Source: Planctomycetota bacterium
GTDB taxonomy: Bacteria > Planctomycetota > UBA1135 > UBA2386
DNA: 64,000 nucleotides
Reading direction: 5' to 3'
NCBI GenBank assembly: GCA_965223545.1
Contig: OZ245006.1
Span: forward strand, 6,688,001-6,752,000
Position numbers and translations under genes: made by a program
Part shown: positions 1-11,678 of the stretch, one piece after another
Layout: each line of letters opens with the position of its first letter
Numbering within the stretch: the stretch's first letter is position 1
Notes under the pieces: generated by a model
Database searches by the model: none
Told to the model about the DNA's origin: nothing
The model's input: the letters and a program-made list of their open reading frames with translations, nothing else

Positions 1-615
1 CGTCAGGCCTTGTGTGATCGGGTCGTAGTCGAGGATGGACAGTGACGCCCGCGCGTATTCACCGCCGTACCCGATCGGATCGAAGTACGGCGCGAACACG
101 ATTTCGTCGCGTTCGTCGCCGTCCAGGTCGTGCAGTGCCAGCGCCAGGCCGCCGAGGCCGAGATCTGCACTCTGCGCCAGGATCGCAGATGTGGGCGAAG
201 TGGGGGTTGTGCCACCGAAGTAGGCGTCGAGGACTTGCACTTTGCCGCCAAAGCCCGCGACCACGGGTCGGGGATGCTCCTGTCCTGATGTCTGTTGCGT
301 GCGCACGGCGAGCAGGCCGAAGTGTGCCGGGTCACCCATGTACGTGTAAGGTTCGAGGTGCTTGTTCGCCGCGGCAGATCGCGTGCCGTGCATGCGGAAG
401 AGCACGACGGCGGTCGGGCGTTCGAGAACCCTGTCGGCGGGGAGAGGGGCGACGATCTCGAACGAAGCGACGTTGGTTTCGCCCTTTGGCGTCCCCTGCA
501 GCTCCCCGATCCAGTTCTGCAGGTTCTGGATGCGCGGCAATGGCAATGGCAAGATTGACTGGTCGCTTTCGTCGACGCCCTCGATCGGGGTCCACCCTCG
601 ATGTTGGATCGCCAC
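1..615 (-). CDS. Partial FG-GAP/VCBS-like repeat protein; runs off the left edge, 5' end probably truncated
   Basis: Hand translation of a frame absent from the ORF track, open from 615 to base 1: ...LALALHDLDGDERDEIVFAPYFDP..., a Ca-binding DxDGD-type repeat. No signal peptide at its start. Confidence 0.55.
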   Translation of the reverse strand, partial: MAIQHRGWTPIEGVDESDQSILPLPLPRIQNLQNWIGELQGTPKGETNVASFEIVAPLPADRVLERPTAVVLFRMHGTRSAAANKHLEPYTYMGDPAHFGLLAVRTQQTSGQEHPRPVVAGFGGKVQVLDAYFGGTTPTSPTSAILAQSADLGLGGLALALHDLDGDERDEIVFAPYFDPIGYGGEYARASLSILDYDPITQGLT

Positions 616-751
616 GGAGATCGAGGCCGTCCAACAAGAGCGCGAGTTCGCTATTCGCAATCTCGAATCGGCTGCTGTTCTCCGCGGAGCGATCGAATAC
701 CGGAAAGCGGCCGCTCGTCAGTCGCTTCGCCAGCACCCAGTAACCGGACGA
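611..751 (-). mobile_element. IS66-family accessory protein TnpB (Orf2), C-terminal remnant
   Basis: Translates SSGYWVLAKRLTSGRFP...ELALLLDGLDLRG, matching the IS66 TnpB pattern GxWLxxKRLxxGRF...ELxLLLxGIDL. N-terminal half, tnpA and tnpC are absent. Confidence 0.7.
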
Positions 752-752
752 C

Positions 753-1802
753 TCAATTCTTCCTCACTGTGATCCGCGCGATGATCTCCCCGAGGTTGGA
801 GGAAGACATATTGCGATACGGCGACACGAACTTCTTCCTGAATTGGTCGTCGATATTGATCACCTCCTTCGGCTCGTATTTGATTACAGTGAACCCGCCA
901 GACTCGAACTTAGCTATCCACTCACGCGGACGTACGCGATTCTGCCGCACTCGGCAGAGCTTGCCCGGCAAATCTGTAACATCTCCTGCGGCATTAGAAG
1001 CTTCATGAGACAGGTAGTCCAAGGGGTGTACGTCCTTGTCCTGGTATCGCCTGTGATCCGTAGCATCGACCAGGTGAACACCAAACCCACCCGCAGACGT
1101 CACTCGCGATAACTCTCCAACCACACTGTCTGGCTCGAGCACATGCTCCAAGAACGCGTGCGACACCGCCAAGTCCACCTCACCGTCACGTATCGGTAGG
1201 TCCGCGGCATCAGCACACCTCCAGCACAGCTTTTCCCCATCGATTCCAGCAACATCTCCTTGGGCAAGCCTGGCCACACCAAAGCTACGGAGGTTCTGCA
1301 AGACCTCTAACCGGCTTATTGCGTACCCACCCACAACCGATGTCGGGTGCAGCAGCATCGCGGCGATCAGGTCGGCTAGCGCTCGCGCTGCCCGAGGCTC
1401 GTGCTCTGGACGACTAGTATCCACAGCATACGCACGCGTTGCCCCCAACATAATGTGTAGCATTGACAGGCCTCCGGGGTTCCAGGACCCACACCCCAGG
1501 TCGAGAACTGTCTTCCCACTCAAAGAATAGTCGCTGTCCCCCAGGGCTTTGCACATTCCTCGAAAATCTCGACCAATTCGACGAGGAGAGAGTCGGTTTG
1601 TCGGTCGATCTAAGAAGGCAGCTGCAGTATCGATGAAGGGTTTCAGATCCCAAGCTACACCGCTCGTAACCTGCTTGCTGGAAAGCCGTGCGATGAGTTC
1701 ACCGCAGAGAGCTTCCGTAGAGACCTCCGAGAGGCGGGGATCGTCGTCGGGAATAGAACCGACGCCCCATGAAGGGAGTTGGCCAGACATCGCTCTACTC
1801 AT
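753..1802 (-). CDS. Class I SAM-dependent methyltransferase
   Basis: VLDLGCG motif I, DAADLP, DLAVSHAFLEHV, ELSRVTSAGG. Visibly lower GC than the rest of the window. Start uncertain (ATG 1802 or 1790). Confidence 0.8.
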   Translation of the reverse strand: MSRAMSGQLPSWGVGSIPDDDPRLSEVSTEALCGELIARLSSKQVTSGVAWDLKPFIDTAAAFLDRPTNRLSPRRIGRDFRGMCKALGDSDYSLSGKTVLDLGCGSWNPGGLSMLHIMLGATRAYAVDTSRPEHEPRAARALADLIAAMLLHPTSVVGGYAISRLEVLQNLRSFGVARLAQGDVAGIDGEKLCWRCADAADLPIRDGEVDLAVSHAFLEHVLEPDSVVGELSRVTSAGGFGVHLVDATDHRRYQDKDVHPLDYLSHEASNAAGDVTDLPGKLCRVRQNRVRPREWIAKFESGGFTVIKYEPKEVINIDDQFRKKFVSPYRNMSSSNLGEIIARITVRKN

Positions 1803-2164
1803 AGAACGGGATAAGCCGATTGTCGCCGCCAAGAGGCGCAAACGGCGGTGCCGCTTCTCAGCGCCCGGGAGTTGCGGAATCGAACTCCTGACGGCAAACG
1901 GCCTTCGGAAATGTTGCCGCCGCGCGAAGGCTCTCGGCCCCGGACGCTCAGTCCGAAACCAGCCGCGATGATTGCGCAAAAGTGGTGCTGATCACGCATT
2001 TCGAGCGCCTCCTGGGTCTCCAACTCCGGTGTGGACAGCGTGGATCGTGCCGCTGCACGCTGCACGGGCTTGTAGCCTTGGAGACTAGCGTCCCGCGGCG
2101 ATCTGGTCGATCCCCTCGGCCGTTGGAGCGGCATCGTCGCCCGTCGCCGACGACGAGAGAGCCC

Positions 2165-2821
2165 TCAGTCCGCGTAACTCGCCATCAAGTACAACGGCTG
2201 CAACGCCTGGGCCGAAGCCGGAGTCGTCGCGATGCGCGGATCGAGCAGCAGCGCCGCGCGTTGCGCCGGCTCGGCGCGCGCAGTGACCCAGCCCACCACG
2301 CGCTCCTCCACCACGCCCCGCAAGGTCGGCTCGAGGCTCTCCTCGGCGAGCACCGTCTCGTCGTCGCGCATCGCCGCCGCGCACTCTTCCAGCGGCGTGG
2401 CCCGCGGTTTCTCGACGAGCACGACGTGCTGGCGCAGCTCGACGCGGGCGTGGTGCGCGCACCCGCGGCGCGCGTCGAGCAGGACGCGCACCGGGCCGCG
2501 GGCCCGCTCCACTGACCACGCGTGCAGGGCGAGTAGCTCGAGGCTGGTGGCGGTGTAGACCGCGACTCTGCCGAAGCGGTGTAGTGTGCGCGCGAACGTG
2601 GTGGCGACGCGCAAGCCGGTGTAGGAGCCGGGGCCGATGTCGACGTGCATTGCTTGGCAAGCGCGCGGGGGCAGGCCGGCTTGCGCAAACAGGGTGGCGA
2701 CGCCCTCGGCGAGGCCGTCGGGGCAGTCGGTCGTCTGTCGGGTGCCGTCGTCGCGCTGCAGGACGCAGCCGTAGCGGCCGGCGCTGGCGGAGATGGCGAG
2801 CGCGATCGGTGGGGTCGGCAT
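2165..2821 (-). CDS. tsaB: tRNA t6A biosynthesis protein TsaB
   Basis: GPGSYTGLRV signature, LLDARRG, C-terminal PLYL. Confidence 0.9.
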   Translation of the reverse strand: MPTPPIALAISASAGRYGCVLQRDDGTRQTTDCPDGLAEGVATLFAQAGLPPRACQAMHVDIGPGSYTGLRVATTFARTLHRFGRVAVYTATSLELLALHAWSVERARGPVRVLLDARRGCAHHARVELRQHVVLVEKPRATPLEECAAAMRDDETVLAEESLEPTLRGVVEERVVGWVTARAEPAQRAALLLDPRIATTPASAQALQPLYLMASYAD

Positions 2822-2827
2822 CTTGGC

Positions 2828-4177
2828 TCAGCTGCCGATCGCTGCGCGCACTGCGCTCGCGATGTGCTCGGTGTGGCGCTGCACGGCGTCGGCTGCCGGG
2901 CCCTCGACCATCACGCGGCAGAGGTTCTCGGTGCCCGAGTAGCGCAGCACCACGCGGCCGTCGCGGCCGAGGGCTTGCTCGACGTCGCGCACCGCCTGCT
3001 GCACGCCGTCGAGGTCTTCGAGCGCGGGCTTGTCGCGCACGGTGACGTTGACCAGCAGTTGGGGGAAGCGGTGGAACTCGGAGAATGCCGCAGCGCTGCC
3101 GCTGGCGATGTCGGGCAGCGACAGCAGCTCGAGCGCGGTCAGCAGGCCGTCGCCGGTGTAGTCGCCGCGCTCGGCGAAGATGATGTGGCCCGATTGCTCG
3201 CCGCCGAAGCCGAAGCCGTGCTCGCGCATCGCCTGCACGACCGAGCGGTCGCCGACCGGCGTGGTGTGCACGGCGATGCCGCGCGCCTCGAGGCAGCGGT
3301 GCAGGCCGAGGTTGCTCATCACCGTGGCGACCACGGTGTCGTGCGGCAGCGCGCCCTGCGCGCGCAGCTGAGGACCCAGCAGCGCCATCACCGCATCGCC
3401 GTCGCGCACCTCACCGCGGTCGTCGACGAAGATGCCGCGGTCGCCGTCGCCGTCCAGGCAGATGCCGAGCAGCGCCTTGGCCTCGAGGACCGCCGGCGCC
3501 AGCTTTGCGGCGTGCAGCGCGCCGACGTCCTTGTTGATGTTGTTGCCGTCGGGAGCGCAGCCGGTGACCACCACCTCGGCGCCGAAGCCGCGCAGCACCG
3601 CGGGCAGCACGTCGGAGCCGCCGCCGTGCGCGGCGTCGACAACCAGCACCTGGCCGCTCAGGTCGAGCTGCGGGAACTGGTTGGCGAGAAACTCCTGGTA
3701 GCGCGTCGTCAGCTCGGGGGCGTGCCGCGTGCGGGGTGCGTGGTCGGTGTCGAAGTCGACTTCCACCGCCAGCCGCTCGATCTCGCGCTCGGCGTCGTCG
3801 CCGAGCTTGCGCCCGGCGTGGTCGAAGATCTTGATGCCGTTGTCGGACGCCGGGTTGTGGGACGCGCTGATCATGATGCCGGCCGAAAACGGCTCGGTGC
3901 GGGCGGCAAACGCCAGCGCCGGCGTCGTCACCAGGCCGATGTCGACCGCGGTCGCCTCCGCCGCGGACAGCCCGCTGGTGAGCGCGCGTAGGATCCACTC
4001 GGCGGAGCCGCGGCCGTCGTTGCCCAGCACCACGCGCTTGTCCGCCGGCCCGGCGCGCTGCAGGTAGACGCCGAGCGCGGCACCGATCCGCGCCAGGGTA
4101 GTCGCGTCCATGGGCGGCACGCCGGCCTCGCCGCGCAGGCCGTCGGTGCCGAAACGAGGGGCCGTGGTGTCGTGCAT
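2828..4177 (-). CDS. glmM: Phosphoglucosamine mutase
   Basis: FGTDGLRG, ISASHNP, DGDGDR, GGEQSGH, RYSGTE motifs. Confidence 0.95.
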   Translation of the reverse strand: MHDTTAPRFGTDGLRGEAGVPPMDATTLARIGAALGVYLQRAGPADKRVVLGNDGRGSAEWILRALTSGLSAAEATAVDIGLVTTPALAFAARTEPFSAGIMISASHNPASDNGIKIFDHAGRKLGDDAEREIERLAVEVDFDTDHAPRTRHAPELTTRYQEFLANQFPQLDLSGQVLVVDAAHGGGSDVLPAVLRGFGAEVVVTGCAPDGNNINKDVGALHAAKLAPAVLEAKALLGICLDGDGDRGIFVDDRGEVRDGDAVMALLGPQLRAQGALPHDTVVATVMSNLGLHRCLEARGIAVHTTPVGDRSVVQAMREHGFGFGGEQSGHIIFAERGDYTGDGLLTALELLSLPDIASGSAAAFSEFHRFPQLLVNVTVRDKPALEDLDGVQQAVRDVEQALGRDGRVVLRYSGTENLCRVMVEGPAADAVQRHTEHIASAVRAAIGS

Positions 4178-4189
4178 GGGTCTCTCAAG

Positions 4190-5371
4190 CTACTGGCCGC
4201 CGCTGTCCTTGAAGTGTGCCTCGAGCGGCACCACGGGGGAACGATAGTGGGTGCCCTCGACGAAGCGACCGTCGGGAAACCACAGCCTCCCCTGGATCAC
4301 CGTCGGCTGGCCAGGCGTCGCATCTGCAGGCAGAACGGCGAGAATGCACAGGTTGTGGCGCACCCACTCCTGCAGCGCCGCGCCCTGCTTGCCCGCGAGC
4401 TCGGCGTCCAGCGGGCTGGCGACCAGTAGGGTGATCTTGGCGTCCTCGATCGGCTCGAACTGGTCGGCGTCGTACTCGGTCTGGAAGGTCAGCAGCTCGA
4501 CCGGCACCGACAGCTCGAACGACTGATAGGCGGGGCGCACCGGAAACTCGACCTCGACGCGCGGCGGCTCGAAGCGCAGCCGGCGGGTCTGCGTCCAGTA
4601 GACGTGCACGGCGGCGACCTGCCGGATTGCGCGGTGCGTCGTGCCGGCCCAGCTGGTCAGGTCGACCGAGAACAGCGGCTCGGTGGGGGCGTCGGCTCGC
4701 GGGGTGTCCAGCTGGCGTTCGAGCGCGCGCACGTCGGAGGCCGACCCGGTCACGGTAATGCTCTCCGGCGAGAACGTCGCCGCCTGGCGGTCGAGCCGCG
4801 CGCTCAGCGAGGGATCGGACGCCGGGAAGAGGATCTGCAGGAGGTCCGGGGTTGGCTGTAGCTCGAAAGTCTCCAGCGGCTCGAGCTCGACGCGGATGCG
4901 CGCCGGCACCATGCGCACCGTGGCACGCTCGAGACCGTCACGCAGCTGTAGGTCGGCGGCCTCGAACTCGAAGAACGGCGTCGGCGTGTTGCGGTGCAGC
5001 CGGTCGCTCGGATCCACCGTGGCGCGCAGGATCGAGCCGAGGATGGCGATGGTGCTCTTGCCGCCCACGAAGCTGAGGCTGACCTGCGTCACCGGCGCCC
5101 CACTGCCGCTGGCGTCGAGGAACGACTTCACCGCGAACTCCTGCGGTGAGACCAAGATGTCGACCGACGAGCCGAGCGGGGCGTCGCCGGCGCGCACCCC
5201 GCCGGCCGGGTCGGCGAGCCGCAGGGCGCACGCGGGGAACTCCTTGGACTCGCTGACGTAGCCGTCCACCCAGTACCACAGGCCGACGGCGAGCGCGATC
5301 GACAGGAGCTTGCGCCATGGATCCGACCACAGCCCCGCCCAGAAACCGTCGTTGTCGCGCGCTCTGCTCAC
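4190..5371 (-). CDS. Membrane-anchored CdaR/YbbR-like protein
   Basis: GTG start overlaps the cdaA stop; N-terminal W.KLLSIALAVGLW anchor and P.SITVTGS motif; lies between cdaA and glmM. Confidence 0.7.
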   Translation of the reverse strand: MSRARDNDGFWAGLWSDPWRKLLSIALAVGLWYWVDGYVSESKEFPACALRLADPAGGVRAGDAPLGSSVDILVSPQEFAVKSFLDASGSGAPVTQVSLSFVGGKSTIAILGSILRATVDPSDRLHRNTPTPFFEFEAADLQLRDGLERATVRMVPARIRVELEPLETFELQPTPDLLQILFPASDPSLSARLDRQAATFSPESITVTGSASDVRALERQLDTPRADAPTEPLFSVDLTSWAGTTHRAIRQVAAVHVYWTQTRRLRFEPPRVEVEFPVRPAYQSFELSVPVELLTFQTEYDADQFEPIEDAKITLLVASPLDAELAGKQGAALQEWVRHNLCILAVLPADATPGQPTVIQGRLWFPDGRFVEGTHYRSPVVPLEAHFKDSGGQ

Positions 5372-6171
5372 GATGTGGCCACCTCCGCCGCCGGCTCGCG
5401 GCGCGGCTTGCGGCCGGGGAGGCCCAGCGACGCCTCGATCGCCATCTCGAGCTGCTCGAGGGTGATGTTGTGCGTCAGCTTGCCGTTGAGCGCGTAGCTG
5501 ATCTTGCCGGTTTCCTCGGAGACGACGACCGCCAGTGCATCGCACTCCTCGGTGAGCCCGACCGCCGCGCGGTGCCGCGTGCCGAGCCGCTTGTCGATCG
5601 CCGGGTTCTCGCTCAGCGGCAGCACGCACTTGGCGGCGACGATGCGGTTGTCGCGCACCACGACCGCGCCGTCGTGCAGGGGGCTCGACTTGGAGAAGAT
5701 CGACTCGACCAAGTAGGAGTTGATCTCGGCGTCGAGCAGGATGCCCGACGCGGTGAAGTTGGCCAGCGAGCCCTCGCGCTCGATCGCGATCAGCGCGCCG
5801 ACGCGGTCCTTGGCGAGCCGGGCGACGCCGCGCAGCAGGCGCGGCACCGACCGCTCCTTGCGGCGGAAGGCGGCGAAGATCGGCGTCTCGCCCAGGTGCA
5901 CGATGGCGCGGCGGATCTCGGGCTGGAACACGACGATCAGGCCGAGGATGGCAAACTGGGTGATCTGCAATGCGACTTTCTCGAGGCGTCGCAGTTCGAA
6001 GGTGTTGATCAGCACGCTGAAGGTCACGATGCCGATCAGCAGCAGCAGCGACAGGCCGCGGATCACGCCCGCGCCGCGCGTCTCGCGCAGAAAGCGCATC
6101 ACCGCGTAGATGCCGACCGCGAACACCGACACCTCGAGCGCCATCTTGAGGTAGTCGCTGATCGGGTTCAT
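5368..6171 (-). CDS. cdaA: Diadenylate cyclase CdaA
   Basis: Three N-terminal TM segments, FQPEIRR, LHDGA and GTRHRAA catalytic motifs, VVSEETG. Confidence 0.93.
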   Translation of the reverse strand: MNPISDYLKMALEVSVFAVGIYAVMRFLRETRGAGVIRGLSLLLLIGIVTFSVLINTFELRRLEKVALQITQFAILGLIVVFQPEIRRAIVHLGETPIFAAFRRKERSVPRLLRGVARLAKDRVGALIAIEREGSLANFTASGILLDAEINSYLVESIFSKSSPLHDGAVVVRDNRIVAAKCVLPLSENPAIDKRLGTRHRAAVGLTEECDALAVVVSEETGKISYALNGKLTHNITLEQLEMAIEASLGLPGRKPRREPAAEVATS

Positions 6172-7021
6172 CGCGCAGCCTCCGCAGTGCGCACCGCGTC
6201 GCTGACGGTCACCACGTCGCGCATCTCGGCGACATCGTGGACGCGGACGATCTCGACACCGCCCAGCGCCAGGCAGGCGACGGCGGCGGCCGTACCCGCC
6301 AACCGTGCCTCGACCTCCCGGCCGGTCAGCTGACCGAGAAACGACTTGCGCGAGGGGCCGACGACCAGCGGGAAGCCGGCCGCGCGCAGCGCGTCGACGT
6401 GCGCCAGCAGCGCGACGCAGTCCTCGGCCGTGGTGCCGAAGCCGATGCCCGGATCGAGCAGGATCGCCTCCTTGGCGATGCCGGCCGCCTGCGCCCGGTC
6501 CGCCGCCGCCGCCAGCTGCTGCGCGACGACCTCGGCCAGCCGGCGGCCGGCGGGCGGGGTCGCCGCCGGCGTGCGGGCGGGCGCGAAGCGGTGCATCAGC
6601 ACGACGGGACAGCGGTGCTCGGCGACCACCGCGGCCAAGTCGGCATCGGCCGAAAGGGCGGTGGTGTCGTTGATCCAGTCCGCACCGGCCGCCAGCGCGG
6701 TCGCGGCGACTTCGGCACGGGTCGTGTCGATCGAGATCGGCACGTCGATCCGCGGGCGCAGCGCGTCGAGCACCGGCATCAGCCGCTCGAGCTGCTGCGC
6801 GGCGGGAACCTCTGCGTGGCCCGGCCTGGTGCTCTCGGCGCCCAGGTCGAGGATCGATGCACCGGCCTCGACCATCGCCTCGGCGTGGGCCACGGCGACC
6901 TGCGAGTCGACGAAGCGGCCGCCGTCCGAGAACGAGTCCGGCGTCACGTTGAGCACGCCCATCAACTGCGTGCGACCGCCGCCCAGCGCTAGTGATCTAC
7001 CGTGGGGCGACGCGATCCGCA

Positions 7022-7022
<1 letters not shown>
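6168..7022 (-). CDS. folP: Dihydropteroate synthase
   Basis: MGVLNVTPDSFSDGG, GAESTRPG, DPGIGF, SRKSF, RVHDV. ATG overlaps the ftsH stop (TGATG). Confidence 0.95.
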
Positions 7023-9331
<2,309 letters not shown>

Positions 9332-9422
9332 GGCTCAGGGTGGGAGGCGGCGCTCGAGGTCCCCGCCGGGCGCATCGCGGAGCGCCCGGATCTCCGTGGG
9401 GGCGCGCCTTCTGTGTAGTTCG

Positions 9423-9914
9423 TCAGAATGCGGGCTCAAGCGCAAGGGCGATCTTGCGCGCCAGATCGGCGCTCATCTCGAGCACGACACTGTCCAGATT
9501 CTCGCCGATCGCGCTGCGGAATTCACCGATGTCGCGGATTCGCGCCCGCCGCACGGCGCGGCCGGTGCGCCGGTCGACCAGCACCACGTCCGCGGTGAGC
9601 ACCAGGCCGCCCTCCAGGACCGGGTGGGCCGGGCCTTGTAGGAGGGAGACGCCCTGAGCGTCGACGAGGTCGACGTGCAGCACTGCGTCCGCCCGCTCCG
9701 GCGAGGTCAGCGACAGGCCGGTGTGGGTCGGCAGGGTGCGCTGCAGATCCCGGGTCAGCGGCACCTCGAGGCGCTGGCGGAAGGTCTCGTTGCCGGCCAC
9801 GGCCAGGCCGATGCTGTGGATGCCGCGCTCGGCCAGGTCGAAGCCGGCGGTGTAGCCGCAGCCAGCCGCCAGGCCGGCGCACAGCGCGTTCAGCAGTACC
9901 GTCGCCAACCTCAT
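9423..9914 (-). CDS. lptE: LptE-family lipoprotein
   Basis: Lipobox LAAGC followed by GY; NETFR...LEVPLT; ATG overlaps the upstream stop; follows bamD. Confidence 0.7.
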   Translation of the reverse strand: MRLATVLLNALCAGLAAGCGYTAGFDLAERGIHSIGLAVAGNETFRQRLEVPLTRDLQRTLPTHTGLSLTSPERADAVLHVDLVDAQGVSLLQGPAHPVLEGGLVLTADVVLVDRRTGRAVRRARIRDIGEFRSAIGENLDSVVLEMSADLARKIALALEPAF

Positions 9915-10852
9915 CGCGCGCTGGATCCCGTGCCCGCGGTGGAGGGTTGCGGCGTGCTGGGCTGCGCGGGCGCCAGCCGCTCGGCCGCCCGGCTGCCCGC
10001 TGCGGTGTCGCCGAAGTCGCCGACCGCCTGCTCGAGGTGCAGTTGCTCGCCGGCGGGGTTGCCGATGCGGCGGTAGAAGTCGGCGATCGCCACGTGCTTC
10101 TCGCCGAGCCACTCGCGCACCTGTGCCAGCGCCGCGCGTGCCCGCTCGGCGAACTGGGGGTTTTCCACCGGCGCAGCCAAGAAGTCCGCCAGCTCGCGGT
10201 GCGCCTGCTGCATCGCCGCGAGGTCGTAGCGCGGCCCGACCAGGACCTCGAAGCTCGCCATGGCGATGCGGAACTTCGCCAGCGCCACCCATTCGCTGCG
10301 CGGATGCTGCAGCACGAGCTCGCGGAAGCGGCGGTGCGCGGTGGCGTAGTCCCCCTCACTGAAGGCCTTCTCGCCGAGCAGGCGCAGCGCGTCCGGCGCG
10401 TTGGGGTGCTGCGGGTAGCGCACCACGAAGTGCTCGAGCACGAGCTGGCCGTCGTTGGCGTCGTTGGCGAAGAACCACAGCGACCAGTCGCTGTTGATCA
10501 GCGCCTCGCCGACGCGGAACTCGAGGTCTTGGATCGCACCGCGGTACGAGCTGAAGGGGTGCTCTTCTTCGAACGTCCGCGTCGCCCGAAACGCCTGCCA
10601 CAGCTGGCCGTCCGCCGCCAGCGCCTGCGCCAGCAGGGTCTTGTAGCGCTCCAGGGCGTCGCCGGCGAAGGCCTCGGGGCTCAGCCGCTGCAGCAGATCG
10701 AGCGCCGGGGCGACCTCGACGCGCTCGAGGTGGGCGGCGGCGGTGGCCAACGCCGCGTCGGGATCGGCCGGGGGCGCGCTCGCGCACGCCGCCAGCGCCG
10801 CGGCCAGAAGCGCGGTCGCGGCGCGGCGGGTCGGGCTGGCGAACGCGGCCAT
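9911..10852 (-). CDS. bamD: Outer membrane assembly TPR lipoprotein (BamD-like)
   Basis: Lipobox ALAAC; TPR repeats (HPFSSY, YPQHPNA, HPRSEW); YDLAAM...IADFY. Confidence 0.75.
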   Translation of the reverse strand: MAAFASPTRRAATALLAAALAACASAPPADPDAALATAAAHLERVEVAPALDLLQRLSPEAFAGDALERYKTLLAQALAADGQLWQAFRATRTFEEEHPFSSYRGAIQDLEFRVGEALINSDWSLWFFANDANDGQLVLEHFVVRYPQHPNAPDALRLLGEKAFSEGDYATAHRRFRELVLQHPRSEWVALAKFRIAMASFEVLVGPRYDLAAMQQAHRELADFLAAPVENPQFAERARAALAQVREWLGEKHVAIADFYRRIGNPAGEQLHLEQAVGDFGDTAAGSRAAERLAPAQPSTPQPSTAGTGSSAR

Positions 10853-10879
10853 GTGGCAGGGGTACCACAAGTCGGCCAC

Positions 10880-11668
10880 TCAAGGAAACGGTCTTTGTCC
10901 CTCTGCGCCGGAAGCCGATGGACGGGAAGCGCGCAGCGCGGTCAGCGCGCGATAGACGCCGGCGCGGGAGGGAGTGCCGCTCTCGGTCGACGCCTCGATC
11001 CAGGTGCCGAGCGCGGCGATGGCGCTGCCATTGGGTGGCGCCATGCCCGGCCAGTCGCGGCCGCGGCTGTGGCGGAAGCGACGCAGTCCTGCCAGGTCCT
11101 CGCGCCGCACGATGCGACCGCGCTGTGGGCGGTGCCGCGCGCAGCCGAGACCCTCGCCGCGCAGGTCGAGCATCAAGCGGTCGTCGCGCGCGCCGCACGT
11201 CGAGCAGCCCTCGAGGTCGGGCAGCGCGCCGAGGTGCGCCAAGAAGGCGAGCTCGATGCCGGCGAGGGTCGATGCCAGGCCCGTCAGCGGACAGCGCTCG
11301 ACCAGCTGCAGGGCGCCGCACAGCAGGTCGAACAGCGCTGGGTCGGCGACGCCCTCGGGAAAGGCCCGGTCGAACACCTGGCCGATGTGCGCCGCCGCGC
11401 GAAACCGCGGCAGGCTGCGCAGGCCGCGGGGCTCGTGCAGCAGCTTGACGTCGCGCAGCACCGCCAGCTGGTCGCCGCGCTGGGCCGTGAACCGAGGGAT
11501 CACCAGATTGAGCTGGTCGAGCCGGCCCAAGAACGGGCTCTTGGCGCGGTGCGCGCCCTTCGCCAACGCGGTGATCCGGCCGTGGTCGCGGCTCAGCAGG
11601 GTGACGAGCCGACTGCTCTCGCTGAAGTCGTGCCGCCGCCAGATGAGTGCCCGGTCCGGCGCGCGCAT
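10880..11668 (-). CDS. recO: DNA repair protein RecO
   Basis: FSESSRLVTLLSRDHGRITALAKGA N-terminus; zinc-finger CSTCG...C..H. Confidence 0.9.
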   Translation of the reverse strand: MRAPDRALIWRRHDFSESSRLVTLLSRDHGRITALAKGAHRAKSPFLGRLDQLNLVIPRFTAQRGDQLAVLRDVKLLHEPRGLRSLPRFRAAAHIGQVFDRAFPEGVADPALFDLLCGALQLVERCPLTGLASTLAGIELAFLAHLGALPDLEGCSTCGARDDRLMLDLRGEGLGCARHRPQRGRIVRREDLAGLRRFRHSRGRDWPGMAPPNGSAIAALGTWIEASTESGTPSRAGVYRALTALRASRPSASGAEGQRPFP

Positions 11669-11678
11669 CGCAACCGCG

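Noticed and set aside
1980..2164. tRNA integration site at the island edge
   Set aside because: No cloverleaf or T-loop consensus seen. No tRNA or rRNA was recognised anywhere in the window.
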